Positions 1 through 10,881 of a stretch of 43,993 nucleotides of DNA are shown here, piece after piece. The notes below the pieces were generated by a model, which had not been told where the DNA came from, did not search any database, and saw only the letters and a list, made by a program, of their open reading frames with translations. Every line of letters begins with the position of its first letter. Positions within the stretch are counted from its first letter, which is position 1. The stretch spans positions 186,001 through 229,993 of the forward strand of contig JADIIX010000017.1 in assembly GCA_027604505.1 (NCBI GenBank). The letters are read 5' to 3'. The position numbers were made by a program, and so were the translations under genes. Origin of the DNA: Gonapodya sp. JEL0774. Taxonomy: Eukaryota.

Positions 1-1513
1 TCCCGCTAATAGAGCCCGTTATCCACCTCCAAACACCACCGACCTCACCCCTCTCTGTCCGATTTGATTCTTTCGGCGTTACTACGGGTTGCTCAGAGAT
101 CCCGAGCCACTCGAACCACGTCCGCTCATGAGGCACTGGAGGAGGACTTTCCACAACCTCCGCCTCTTTAACCACTTCCTGCCCCGTTACACTCCTCACC
201 CAATCTGTAACATTTTGTGCTGCTTCTGTCCACCCGCCCTTTGCTGTTTCAGCGACCTGTTTTGCTGCATCGACCAGTTCAGGAGGAGGGGGTGGTAGTG
301 GTTGTCCCGCAAACTGACCAACGATGAAATCACGGGCGGATGTTGCGGCGTTGGTTATGCGGGTCAGGGGGTCGGGTTCGGGGGGTTGAGTTGCAGACGT
401 GGTGGCAGAAGGGGGTTTTGTGAGTGGGACACGCACAGGTGGAGATGAGGGTGAGCTGTCAAACGAGAACAAGCCTACAATTACGTTCAGATTGAGAGGT
501 TTCAATTCAATGACGGCATTGTATGGTAGGGTTGTTCGCGATGCTCACCGCGGCGTCGGGACCTTTCATCCTTTGTTGGAGGTGCGGGTCGGTGGTCTTC
601 TACCACTACACGTTCAGACGGCAGACCTTGGCCAGGGACGTCAACGTAGAGGTAGAACGGAGTCCAGTGGACTCCTGAGGGGTCCTGGCGAAAGGTGTTG
701 CTGCTGAATATGGTGCCCCGCACTAAGCTGTTGTGCCAGAACTCACCAGTACCATCTCTCCATTAACTGTTCCGGTGCTCTTTGCCCCTTGGATGTAAAA
801 GCGAACAATCATCTTCTGCTGGCCTGTGACAGGGTCTTGCACAATGTGATGACTGGAAGATTGCAGACGGAGCAAATTCGTCAGGCAGGTATAGTGGTAA
901 TGCAATTTCAGTCGTGCAGCTCCGCGGAACTCACTTGACAGTCTTGACAGTCCGCGCTCGACTGCTTTGATCCACGGTACCCCGAATCGGAGTCCCAACA
1001 AGTTCTCCGACTCGCTCGTGTTCCTTCACGCGCTCAAGAAGCTCCCTGAATACCGTGGTCGAAGATGTATCCCCAAGTAGCTCGGAGCCCACGGTATACA
1101 TAAGGTATCCTTTGGAGGCAAGTCAAAGGATTCACAGTCACGAATTCAAAGTCTGCCCACAGCTGTTACGAACCAAACACCGCCACGCCTCCCACCACTA
1201 TGCCCGTGTTGAGAATCCATCGCGAGCTGCCCTGAATCCCGGCTTTGAGTCGGTTGAACAAGGTAGGTCGACTGAAGCGATCAACGTCAGCAAACGAAGA
1301 TGCCCAACGCCTGTCCGAGCGATGTTTTTGGGATCTCTGATGTGTCTCGTGTGGATACACGCCAGTACGAAGTTCCACGGGCTTCAAAGAAGGGGGCTTG
1401 CAGGAACAAGTCAAAGAACGACTTGTGTCCCACTTCCGTGAGAGAGTGACAGACTGACGAAGTCGCGGAAGTGAGGCTTCGAAGAGCGTATGATGGATTC
1501 GCGGGGATCGCAT
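1..1513 (-). CDS. TIM21: Mitochondrial inner-membrane translocase subunit Tim21 (spliced; 3' end runs beyond the window edge)
   Basis: ATG at 1513 opens an Arg/Ser-rich presequence-like N-terminus, followed by a TM segment (WILNTGIVVGGVAVFGYLMYTVG). The spliced product continues ELLGDTSSTTVFRELLERVKEHERVGELVGTPIRG...KMIVRFYIQGAKSTGTVNGEM...FYLYVDVPG...RVVVED, matching the Tim21 IMS domain. A GT-AG intron at 548-475 continues the frame (GLFSFDSSPSS...) with no stop down to base 1. Confidence 0.85.
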
Positions 1514-1682
1514 CTTTCAAAAAACTGAATTTCACGAAAATATACAGAATTTGAAGAGAGTTGGGCAGTTGGTTTGTGGGAGTGTTCCCAACACAGGCTA
1601 AACGGCCAAATTCAGCCAGGAGCACCGGAAGCTCTCCCAATTTAACCCCAACGATTTCCGAGAACAGACCATCAACGGTTCA
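1514..1682. promoter_or_regulatory. Very short head-to-head intergenic region (candidate bidirectional promoter) between TIM21 and the thioesterase
   Basis: Divergent ATGs at 1513 (-) and 1683 (+) are separated by only 169 bp. Confidence 0.5.
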
Positions 1683-2977
1683 ATGTCAGTCCCCTCCATC
1701 CAAGAGACTGCTCGCTCAAAGATTCCAGGTTCTCCTGGCATCTCTACTCCGCACCATTTCGATGCAGACACCGCCGTCAAGTCCGTTTCCGGTCGCCCGG
1801 GGTGGTACGAATGCTCCCTCCACCCGAGATGGCAGAACAATAACGGTGAGTTGTCCCTTCGCATGTCTCGCTGTACTTCGCACACTGAAGTTTTCTTTCA
1901 GGAACTGTCTTTGGGGGCTACATAATCCCCATCGTGTTACGAGCGATTGGGGCAGAGCTCGCCCCTTACGGATTCGATAAAGCTGTGTCCTGTTATCTAC
2001 AGTATCTAATTGCACCACGCGTGGATGATACCATTGAACTCGAGGTTAAGGTGATGAAACGAGGCAAGAACTATGCATTCACAACTACAACAATATACTC
2101 ACGTGCAAAAAAGGTAGTACGACTTCATCAGGGCGCAACTTCCGCTGTTAACATCTCGACATTGATCACTCATGTTCAGGCCCCATCACACGTTGTAACT
2201 GCCGTTTTCGGCACGTCCGCTGCCCGAAATCCCACCCTTCTGCGCGAGAGGCGAATCGACCACCTACGAAAGCCTTCGTTCTGCGTTGGCGGACCGAAAA
2301 ACATCGATGAGCTCGAGAACATGTGGTTGCTCATGGGCAGGACCGACGCACATCATTTCAATCGCGGCATCGAAATGCTGATGCACCGGCGCGACTTCAC
2401 CGACCTCAAGGTTCGAGCATCACAAATTCAAACCAAATCCAACTACAAAGCTATTCCACCACCCCGCGATCAAACTTCCAACAATATTCCTTACCCTTCC
2501 TCCAAGGACGAGATGATGGAGCTTTCAGCTGATCTGGCTGTTCGATTCCGCGACGGAAGATCCCACGATGACCTTTCAGTAGCCATGGTTACGGATGCCG
2601 TGTGGGCTATGAATGAGTTTTTTGCAATGGATCAGGGTCTTCCCCGAGGGAAGCGATTCACGAGCAGGTGAGCAACTTAGTACACTGACTTCCAAACCAT
2701 GGTGGTCACATTCACGGCTGTCCCTTCTGAAACCAGCACCATGTCCCTCGCCCTCCACTTTTTTGCATCCCCGCTCCCCAACTCATCCTATCTTTGCTGC
2801 CGCGGCGACATCACTGTCGTGAATGGCCGCTTTTCCGAGTTCGAAGCCCTCATTTTCGACCAGCAAACGGGGGCTTTATTGTGTACGGGAAGGCAAGTGC
2901 AAGTTACGGACGTAGAGAGTGATGAGGAAGTTAAGGAGAAGCATGCCAGGAGGACGGAAGGGGTGGCTAAAATATAA
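1683..2977 (+). CDS. Thioesterase-like superfamily protein (double hotdog fold, acyl-CoA thioesterase-like), spliced
   Basis: HHFDADTAV...SLHPRWQNNN|GTVFGGYII...YLQYL...IELEVKVMKRGKNYAF in the first hotdog; VRFRDGR...VAMVTDA...STMSLALHF...VVNGRFSEFEALIFDQQTGALLCTGRQ in the second. Three short introns join ORFs 1683, 1934 and 2699. Confidence 0.8.
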
Positions 2978-3074
2978 TGTTGTCTGGTTCATTCAATATA
3001 TGGCTTTGGTCATGAAACCCAATACTAACCCAATCCTCCGAAAATACTGGAATCGCAAGCATTTGCGAGCAAAG

Positions 3075-5158
3075 ATGGTGACACTAGAGGAAACGATTAC
3101 GCGCGAAGCCCCAATGAAGAGAGAGCAAATGATGCGGAGTTTGTGGGACCAGATTGACTCGGACAAGTATGTGTCAAGAGCAACATTGATACACAAATCG
3201 TATTCCCTCTGATTCCTGACGAATTCGTGTTACTTCTGTCTCCAACTGTGTAAAATAAATTACTACGCATCCGATCGAAGTTCCGGACAACTCACGTATG
3301 AAGAAATTGAGCGGTTCTTGGAGCAACTGGCTGAAAACGTTACCAAGAAAGCATCCCGGTCTGCAAGGAAAGCTTTACGAAACAAGCGGCAGCTTGAGAT
3401 GCTGGCGACCGAGCTGCTCACAAAGGCAGACACTTCGGGCGATGGCCTTATAAGTTTTGATGAGTTTAGAGAGTTTCTCGTGGAGAAGGAGAAGCAGTTG
3501 TTCCGGATCTTTCAGGAAGCTGACCACGATGGCAGTGGCCAGTTGTCAAAGTCCGAAGTTCAATTGACACTGGAAAAGGCTGGTGCGTCTCTGACATAAA
3601 ATCACTTCGGGACCCTGTGCACCAGTGTGACTCTGTCCCCACAACAGGCCTGAAAGTGGAAGATCGAGACGTCGACACATTCTTTCGCATTTTGGACACT
3701 GATCAATCAGGCACTCTGAACTTCTACGAATTGCGGGACGCCTTCTTCTTCCAGGCGGAAGCGCCTTCCTTCTCGTCCCTCTACCTCGCATATCAGAACG
3801 TTTACGATCCTACAATCTCCATCGATGGAGTCGTCACCGTAACTCCACCGACGAGACCGTCATCAGCCGGGGATTACACGCGCTTTTACATTGAGGGTGG
3901 TGTGTCCGGCGCCATTTCGAGGACATTGACCGCTCCGTTGGATAGACTGCGGACGCTATACCAAACTTCTTTGCGGAATACCAGTCGACAGGGCATTAGT
4001 GGTAAGCTGCTGTGTGAATCAATCGCTGTTGAAAAACAATTAGGGTGAATCTCTTCAAGATCAGAATTCTGGTATGGCTTGCGGCAAACGATATCCGAGA
4101 TTAACCGGATAGAAGGATCAGCTGGTTTTTTGCGAGGTAGAGTTGCTCTCCCCAGAATATATATGTTCAATCAGAACATAACTGATCTATCAGAACTCTG
4201 GCAGGCAATCTCATCAACATCGCAAAAGTAGCTCCCGAAATCGCTGTGACCTACTCTTCATTTTCTTTTTTGAAAGCTCTTTTCTCTCGCCTCGAGAATC
4301 GAGAAGATCCTTCACCGCTCGCAATGCTCGTTGCAGGGGGCATTAGTGGTACACTCTCCATGGCTTCGGTCTACCCACTCGAAACATTACGAACGCGGAT
4401 AATGATTATGGAGACGGGCAATACTACACGGAGCTCTATTCATAATGTCTCCGCGGGGGAATATCTGAAGACTTTGACTCGGGACGGGAAGAGTGTCAAG
4501 AGAGTTGCAGCAACGGCCACGGTGCACGTAAAGGAATCTGGCAATCTGTTGTACGAAGTTGCCAGAGAGATGTTTGACACAGGTGGGCTCAAAGCGTTTT
4601 ATCGGGGCATACTGCCTGCTTCTCTTGTGAGTGTAAATTGCGACTTTTCTCGCGATCGATGTCAATTCGTCTGATTCATTACAACTTTCGCCAGAGTATA
4701 TTCCCATTCATGGCGACAAATCTCTATGCCTTTGAAACTGTGAAAGACTACTTTGCATCTAATGGGGCCACTCAACCGGGAAAACGCAGTACTGATGTGC
4801 GACCCACTACACCACAAATCCTAGCCGCTGGAACCATATCATCCTCTCTAGCGAGCCTCCTCACGTATCCACTCAACCTTATTCGCATTCGCATGCAAGC
4901 TCAGGGTACTTCTGGCCATCAACTGGCCTACAGAAACTCGTTCGACTGCCTTAAGCAGACTTTCCGAGACGGTGGATTTGGTGCGTTGTACAGAGGACAG
5001 AGCGTAGCATTAAGTGAGTGATTTGGACTGACCAACTTAGGTGACGAGCCGCTGAGTCAATGTTAATCTTTATTTGGACAGTGAAAATTGTTCCCAACAC
5101 TTGCTTGTCCTTTCTCGTTTATGACATCACTACAAAAGTAACAGAAAGCTTTGCATAG
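3075..5158 (+). CDS. SAL1: Calcium-binding mitochondrial carrier (ATP-Mg/Pi carrier, SAL1/SCaMC family), spliced
   Basis: EF-hands DTSGDGLISFDEF, DHDGSGQLSKSEV and DTDQSGTLNFYEL (plus an intron-split first hand) precede three carrier signature repeats: PLDRLRT, PLETLRTR and PLNLIRIR. Last exon is KIVPNTCLSFLVYD...ESFA* (TAG 5156-5158). Confidence 0.9.
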
Positions 5159-5420
5159 AGTAAACTCGTAGATAATTAACTCCATAATTTCAAAAGCACC
5201 GTGTAAAGTTTCTATTTGTTTCTGTGGTTTTGTTGGATGTCTGGTTGATTCTTCCAGCGGAAGATATCGAGTCACTCATTGGTTGCTAAACCGGTTCTTC
5301 CCCCGCACTTCCTCTCTCAACCCTACACGCCGTTCTCACCAGAACCGATTACCAACTAACGGAAACGTGTATCTAACGTCCAGGCCCTTCCTTTCTCAGG
5401 AACTCAGTCGGCTGGTATCA

Positions 5421-7742
5421 ATGCCCCGAAAGGCGAAAGCGTTGGGTTTGGATTCCAATCCTCGAAACTGGCCACGAACCACAAAAGCTTGTGATTTCTG
5501 TGTTCAAAGGAAACTCAAATGCGATAATGGATGGAAGTCTCGAGAGGGCGTGGAGGCTTCTTTGATGTGCTCGAACTGCACGCGGTTTGGAAAGGAGTGC
5601 ACATACGGAAAGCCTACCAAGAAACGGGGACGTCGAGGCGGTGTGGAGCGGAGCACGGATGGCGGGAATCTGGAAATCTCAACGTCGCCTATGAGCCCGA
5701 TCTCTGTTACGGAAGTCATCAATACTTCTGGTTGCGAAGTCCCATTTCTTGACGGATTGGAGGTTCTTTCTTCTGCAATATCTAATTTGGAAGACCAGAC
5801 CACGACTGCTGCTATTATGGGAGATCTTCTTGTTGCAAGCCAAGAAGCGTCCTTGTTCGAGGGTTTACCGGTTGCCCCACCTCCGGGTTTCGTTCGTCAC
5901 CTTCTCGATGAATACTTTGCCTACGCTCAAGCTGCTGGTGCTTTTGTACGGCATCCCTTCAACTTCCCTCGGCACTTGACAATCGCTCTCTGTCTCGCAT
6001 CCCTCAGGCACTCAAGACACCCCTACATTGTCACTCCACCTGTTTCACGAAGCCTGCTTCTATCAATCCTCGAAGCTCAATTCCGCGAGTACGTGCAGGG
6101 CTGGACGTTCGGCGAGAGCACCGTGGATGTCACGGCTGTGCAGGCCATGTGCTTAGTTGCCAGGGCGGGGATCGTTGAAGGATACTGGGTGGGCGCAAGA
6201 GTGGTGGGAATGGTGCGTGTTTGTTGCTGGGTCATAGAGATTGAAGTTAGTGTGCATTTTGGAACGAATTGCCTCTACTGTTATCATAACATAGGCAATC
6301 CAGCATTCCATGGAATTGAATTTACACACGAGCGTCAAATCCGACGAAGATTTACCAACGTGGACAGAGGTCAACAACCTTGACAAGCTATTTGCCTCGC
6401 CTTCACGGCCACCTCTCCTCACTCACCCTGTTGTAACTTCACCTGCGTCAACTCCCTTTGATAGAATTACTCAAGAATTGCTGTGAGTGAATATATATTG
6501 TGCTGAGTTTTTGCAATCCGCTCTCGAATCTGCACCACGCTCGTCAGCTCCATATACGCTACAGTGGTTTCTTACAACTCCCAACTGCCACAGTGCGACT
6601 CCTCATGTGCTCCATGCTCCTCTCCTTGCGGAGGTAACTCCTGTAGAAGCAATGTCACCTTGCCGCATTCCTCTGCTGCTTTCACCCCAAACCCCACACC
6701 GTCCTGCGCACCCACTGTTTCGCCGTCAACTCCTTACGAAATCGCATCTCATGATACCCTCCTCACCCAATGGTACTCCCAACTGCCGCCTGCAATGGTT
6801 GAATTCGATGAAGTTTATACTCGCTCCAGAGAAGACCGAGACAGTCCTCTCCCTCAGCTCTCGCCTGAATCCTTACAATATCTTCTGGACCACGGAGGGA
6901 GCTCGTGGTTCTATCGGTGTGCCGGGATTCTCTCACTTTATCACGCGTTATGGGGAACCGTCTCAGGGCCGTGGGGTATCTGTGACATAAGCTGCGTACA
7001 ACCGTCAACAGACGAGGAGGCAGCGGAGCTGGAGCGAAGAGAAGACAATGAGGATATGGCATGGATGATGGGAAAGGGTTACTTGGTGAGTGGAGGATTT
7101 CTTGCTAGTCCATTGAATTGAGGGTTGTAACGCGAAGGGTCTAGACTTGCGCGGATCATGCTGGTGCTGTGACAAACCTTGTGAGAACAATTTTTGATTC
7201 CGGAAATACAGACATGACTTACATGATGGTGAGAAACAACCCTGGGAGACGTTTTTTCGCACAACACACATATGAGTGCACATTTTGTCCAACAGGATCC
7301 ACTTCTACCGTTCTCCCTCCTCACCACCATATTCATACATGTGCTGTCCTTGCGACGTCTACAACGTCTTTCCTTGACCGATAGCCCGGTCACAGAGTCA
7401 ACCGCAACATCTGGCCGACTTGTGCTCGACGCTCTATCCCGTATCGCAATCCACCATCACTCTCAAGGCTGGCTGATTGCCGTCTCGGATCGACTTGCTG
7501 AGGTTCTGAGGCGGTGTTGCGTTGCAGTTGACGTCAACGAGTTTGTCGGTGCTGTGAGTGGCTCTGGAGTGAGTCCAGTGTTGACAGAGTGGACGAAGAA
7601 GTGGATCGGTGCGATAAATAGAGGGAGTGGGTGGTTTTCACGGAGAGCGGTGGAGGCGGGACTGGCTTGTCTGACAAGTACACAGACAAGACAAATGGTA
7701 ATCTGTTCTGGGAAGTGTCCACTTTCGGGAATACTGGCGTAG
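5421..7742 (+). CDS. Zn(II)2Cys6 fungal transcription factor, spliced
   Basis: KACDFCVQRKLKCD-x14-CSNCTRFGKECTY-KPTKKRGRR, then a middle-homology-like region (LLDEYF). C-terminal exon boundaries are approximate. Confidence 0.75.
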
Positions 7743-7839
7743 CATCGATTTCATAATCTGATATTTTAGAGTGTAAATATATATGTGTATACGTGATGAG
7801 ATGGTAAATCTGTGGATAGTCTAAAGATATTGTGAATAA

Positions 7840-9872
7840 TTACACCAGGAACGCAACCACCAAGAGCACCATGGTGGAGAACATCACTGTGACACCAAGC
7901 TCCCGACTACTCGATCGCACTGCATGGCCCTTTTGACCTGCACCAGCGGTACTCGTGGCACTCGGCGACGCTCCTGCTGTTGTCGTCCCCGTCACGCTGT
8001 TGTTGGAATTCACAACCAAACTCGACGACGTCGTGGCGATGACTTGTGGCGTCGAAGCAGCACTGAACGTTTCTCCCGGTGCCACCGCACGAAGAACCAT
8101 GATATCTCCAGTGGAATCAACCGCAGCGAACAGTCGACCCCAGTTGTCGAAAACGATACCGACGGGGCGGAAACACGAGTCGAGTGTGTCGACCACACAC
8201 GCAGTATTAGGAAACGCTTGGCCAGATACCGTAATTGCGCCACCCGTGGGGCGTCGAGTGTCATTGGAGAAGGGTACCCTGACGATTTCGCTAGGGGTGG
8301 GGGGGAGGTGGGGAGATTGACCGGCCCGTGTTCAGTAATAGAATCAAATGGCACGCAAAGGATACCGAACTCACAATCCCTGCGGTACTTCCCGATGGAA
8401 GCTCCCATGGTACGAAATGAAAGCACTCCCCACCCAACTGCACGGTAAGCTGTGGGGCGAAGATCCACAGGTTGTGAAGAAGGTGATGGCCATGGGGGCC
8501 ACGTGGGCAGGAAGCGTCAGGACTGGTGGTCTGTTCTTGGTTGCATCTGCGCGTCAAGAGTTGAAGGATGAGCCGTTTCACGCTCGATACGAACGTGGAG
8601 CACGAAACATTGAGCAAGTCTCACCGGTGCACGGGAATGAGGTGGTGTTGGGCCATTGGTGCTGCGTGCCGGCGCCTGTTAAAGAAGCGGTACAGTTTTG
8701 ACTGGTCGTCTTACGGGTACTGCTGACTTTGTGAAATACCTGTTGCATACGCCGCAGGAAACACGCCCTCGGTGTAACAGTACGGGTAACCATAGAACGG
8801 CGGTGACGAGGCATTGTAAGATGCGCTTTCAATTTCAGCGATTTCAAACATGTTCACTTCCTGAATGAGGCAGAGCGGTGAACTCGAGTCAGTGGTGGCA
8901 GCGTTTGTCAAACGTCGACATGGGACGAACCTCAGGGGGATTGTCTTCGGCGAGGTCGGGCGAGATTGTCAGGTCTTCCAAGTCATCAGGGCCATTATCA
9001 GCTTCCCATAGTCGTCGGTCCCCGGTTTGATAAAACGGATCGAACGCCAGCGCCAGTCCATTTCGAACACCGTCCGCAACGACTTGGAAGCTGGACCACT
9101 CCAAAGGTGTAGGCACAGGGTCTGTCGGCGAAGTTCGGAACGATTGCATTGGAAAGCGGACAACACGCGCGTGCGTGGAGTCCGGGTCGACGTTGTCAGC
9201 GGAGGGGAAGTCGACGTAGAGATAGGAGCCATCGGGTGTGAGTACTATGGGGCGAGTGTTGTGGTTGCCGTCCGCGGGAATGTTGCGAATGACAACTTGT
9301 ACTGCATTGGGGTCCAGTGGGCTGCGACCGTTGTATGGCCATCGGTAGATAGTCGATAGTGAACTGGCGTAGAGCCACGTCTTGTTGCTGTCGAGCCAGA
9401 TACCGTGCGTTAAACCACCCGCGAACAACGCATTTGTTACGGACATGTCCAAGATGACCGTTCGATTGAGTCCGGTAAGGCCGCTCCCCTTAGTCGTGTC
9501 GTTGGGTGGTGGCGGGATGGGAATCGAAACGATGCCGTTGGTGCCGGATCCACGCGCAATAACGATGAGGGAGGAAGTAATGTTGTCGTAAACCATACCA
9601 CGAGGCTCTGTGTTCGGTTATGATTTTGGGAAGGGGGGAAGCGGGAGAGTCGAGGTTACATGTAGCGGCGACAGCAACACCATCGCCACGGAAACGGCAT
9701 TATGGTACGCACTATCAAGTCCTGTAACAACGAGCTCCATTGTTAGATTTGAGTTTGCAACAAAAGTTGCAGTTATGTTGACGGGAGCAGCAGAACAGAG
9801 ACCCCATGCGAACGCTGTAGCCACAAGCGCCGCCAGGACCATGCCGCGACGATTGTAGTTCTCACGAGCCAT
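7840..9872 (-). CDS. Secreted PQQ-dependent glucose/sorbosone-type dehydrogenase (AA12-like beta-propeller) with probable C-terminal GPI-anchor signal, spliced
   Basis: Signal peptide (MVLAALVATAFAWGLCSA). Motifs after splicing: GLDKPRGM, THGIWL, GNHNTR, GVRNG, WEADNGPD, DNPPEEVN, YGYPYC, LPAHVAPMAITF, HGSFHR, CFRPVGIVFD. C-terminus is a Ser/Thr-rich stalk plus hydrophobic tail (LGVTVMFSTMVLLVVAFLV*). Confidence 0.8.
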
Positions 9873-10881
9873 AGATGATTGTTTCTACAGGAGGAACGCG
9901 GTCTGTCAGCCGGGGCGGTGAAAACCTCCAAGCAAGCTTTATATCCCGCAACATTCTGCGTCAGGATGACGGTCCTATGACACCAACCCAAAAGCTCCCT
10001 GCCAGACTGGGAAAATAAATAGATGGAATAATGAAGACAGGAATTTGACGGGCGTCGGGGTCGCTGTTTCCCTGTTGCCGTTTGCTTTAGTCACCGATAC
10101 GGGGCGCAGGTTCGGGAAAGGCTTTTTCCCGGTAGGTGACCGCGATCTGTGTCCAAATCCAGCCAACCCCACGTTATCACCCCCGCACCCCCCTTTACCC
10201 CACCAACCCCACACACACGCCCCAGACGCCCACAAAACCCCAGAAATTTTGATCCAACGGAAGCAGTCGGGAACAGAAGTGCCACAGGCAGTGACCAGTA
10301 GTGGTAGTGAAAGAAGCATCTTGCCAAGCCAGCCATTGCAGTGTAATAAAGGGTCAGAGACCCCGTCTGCCCCAATGATATCACCAGTTCGCAAAACTGG
10401 CATCAGACCTCATCAGACTTTCGTGACCACTGAGTGAATTCAAAATAAATGTTTCAGAGAATAGTATGCACCCATGACAAATTGACTGCCGTTTACTTTT
10501 ACATAATGATGAGTATTTACTCACCTGCCGTTTCTTCCAAGAACCTTAACGGAGACGGGTTCTAAGAACATGGTAAACTGGGCGAGCGACTACGGACGAG
10601 ATTTGTGGAGTTGGTTGGAACGGTCGACCAATGGCTCGTTAGAGAACAAAAAATGGAGACTCGGTCTCTATGTATTGAACATCACACTCTATCATATTCT
10701 AGAATTGCCATGCTGTTATCATCGGGAAAAGTCCAGTTATTCATTCTTATATGTAAAACCTTTCCGGAATTGTTCGCCCCCAAGTACAAATTTTGTGGCA
10801 GGATTCTTTCCACAGAAAGAGAAAGTGACACGAGCCAGCTTCACCCCTCCATCACAAACTTCAGGGTAACAGAAATCCAAC

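Noticed and set aside
5490..5600. Long (15-residue) loop between Cys3 and Cys4 of the first Zn2Cys6 cluster
   Set aside because: This loop is the known variable-length part of the motif, and all six cysteines are present.
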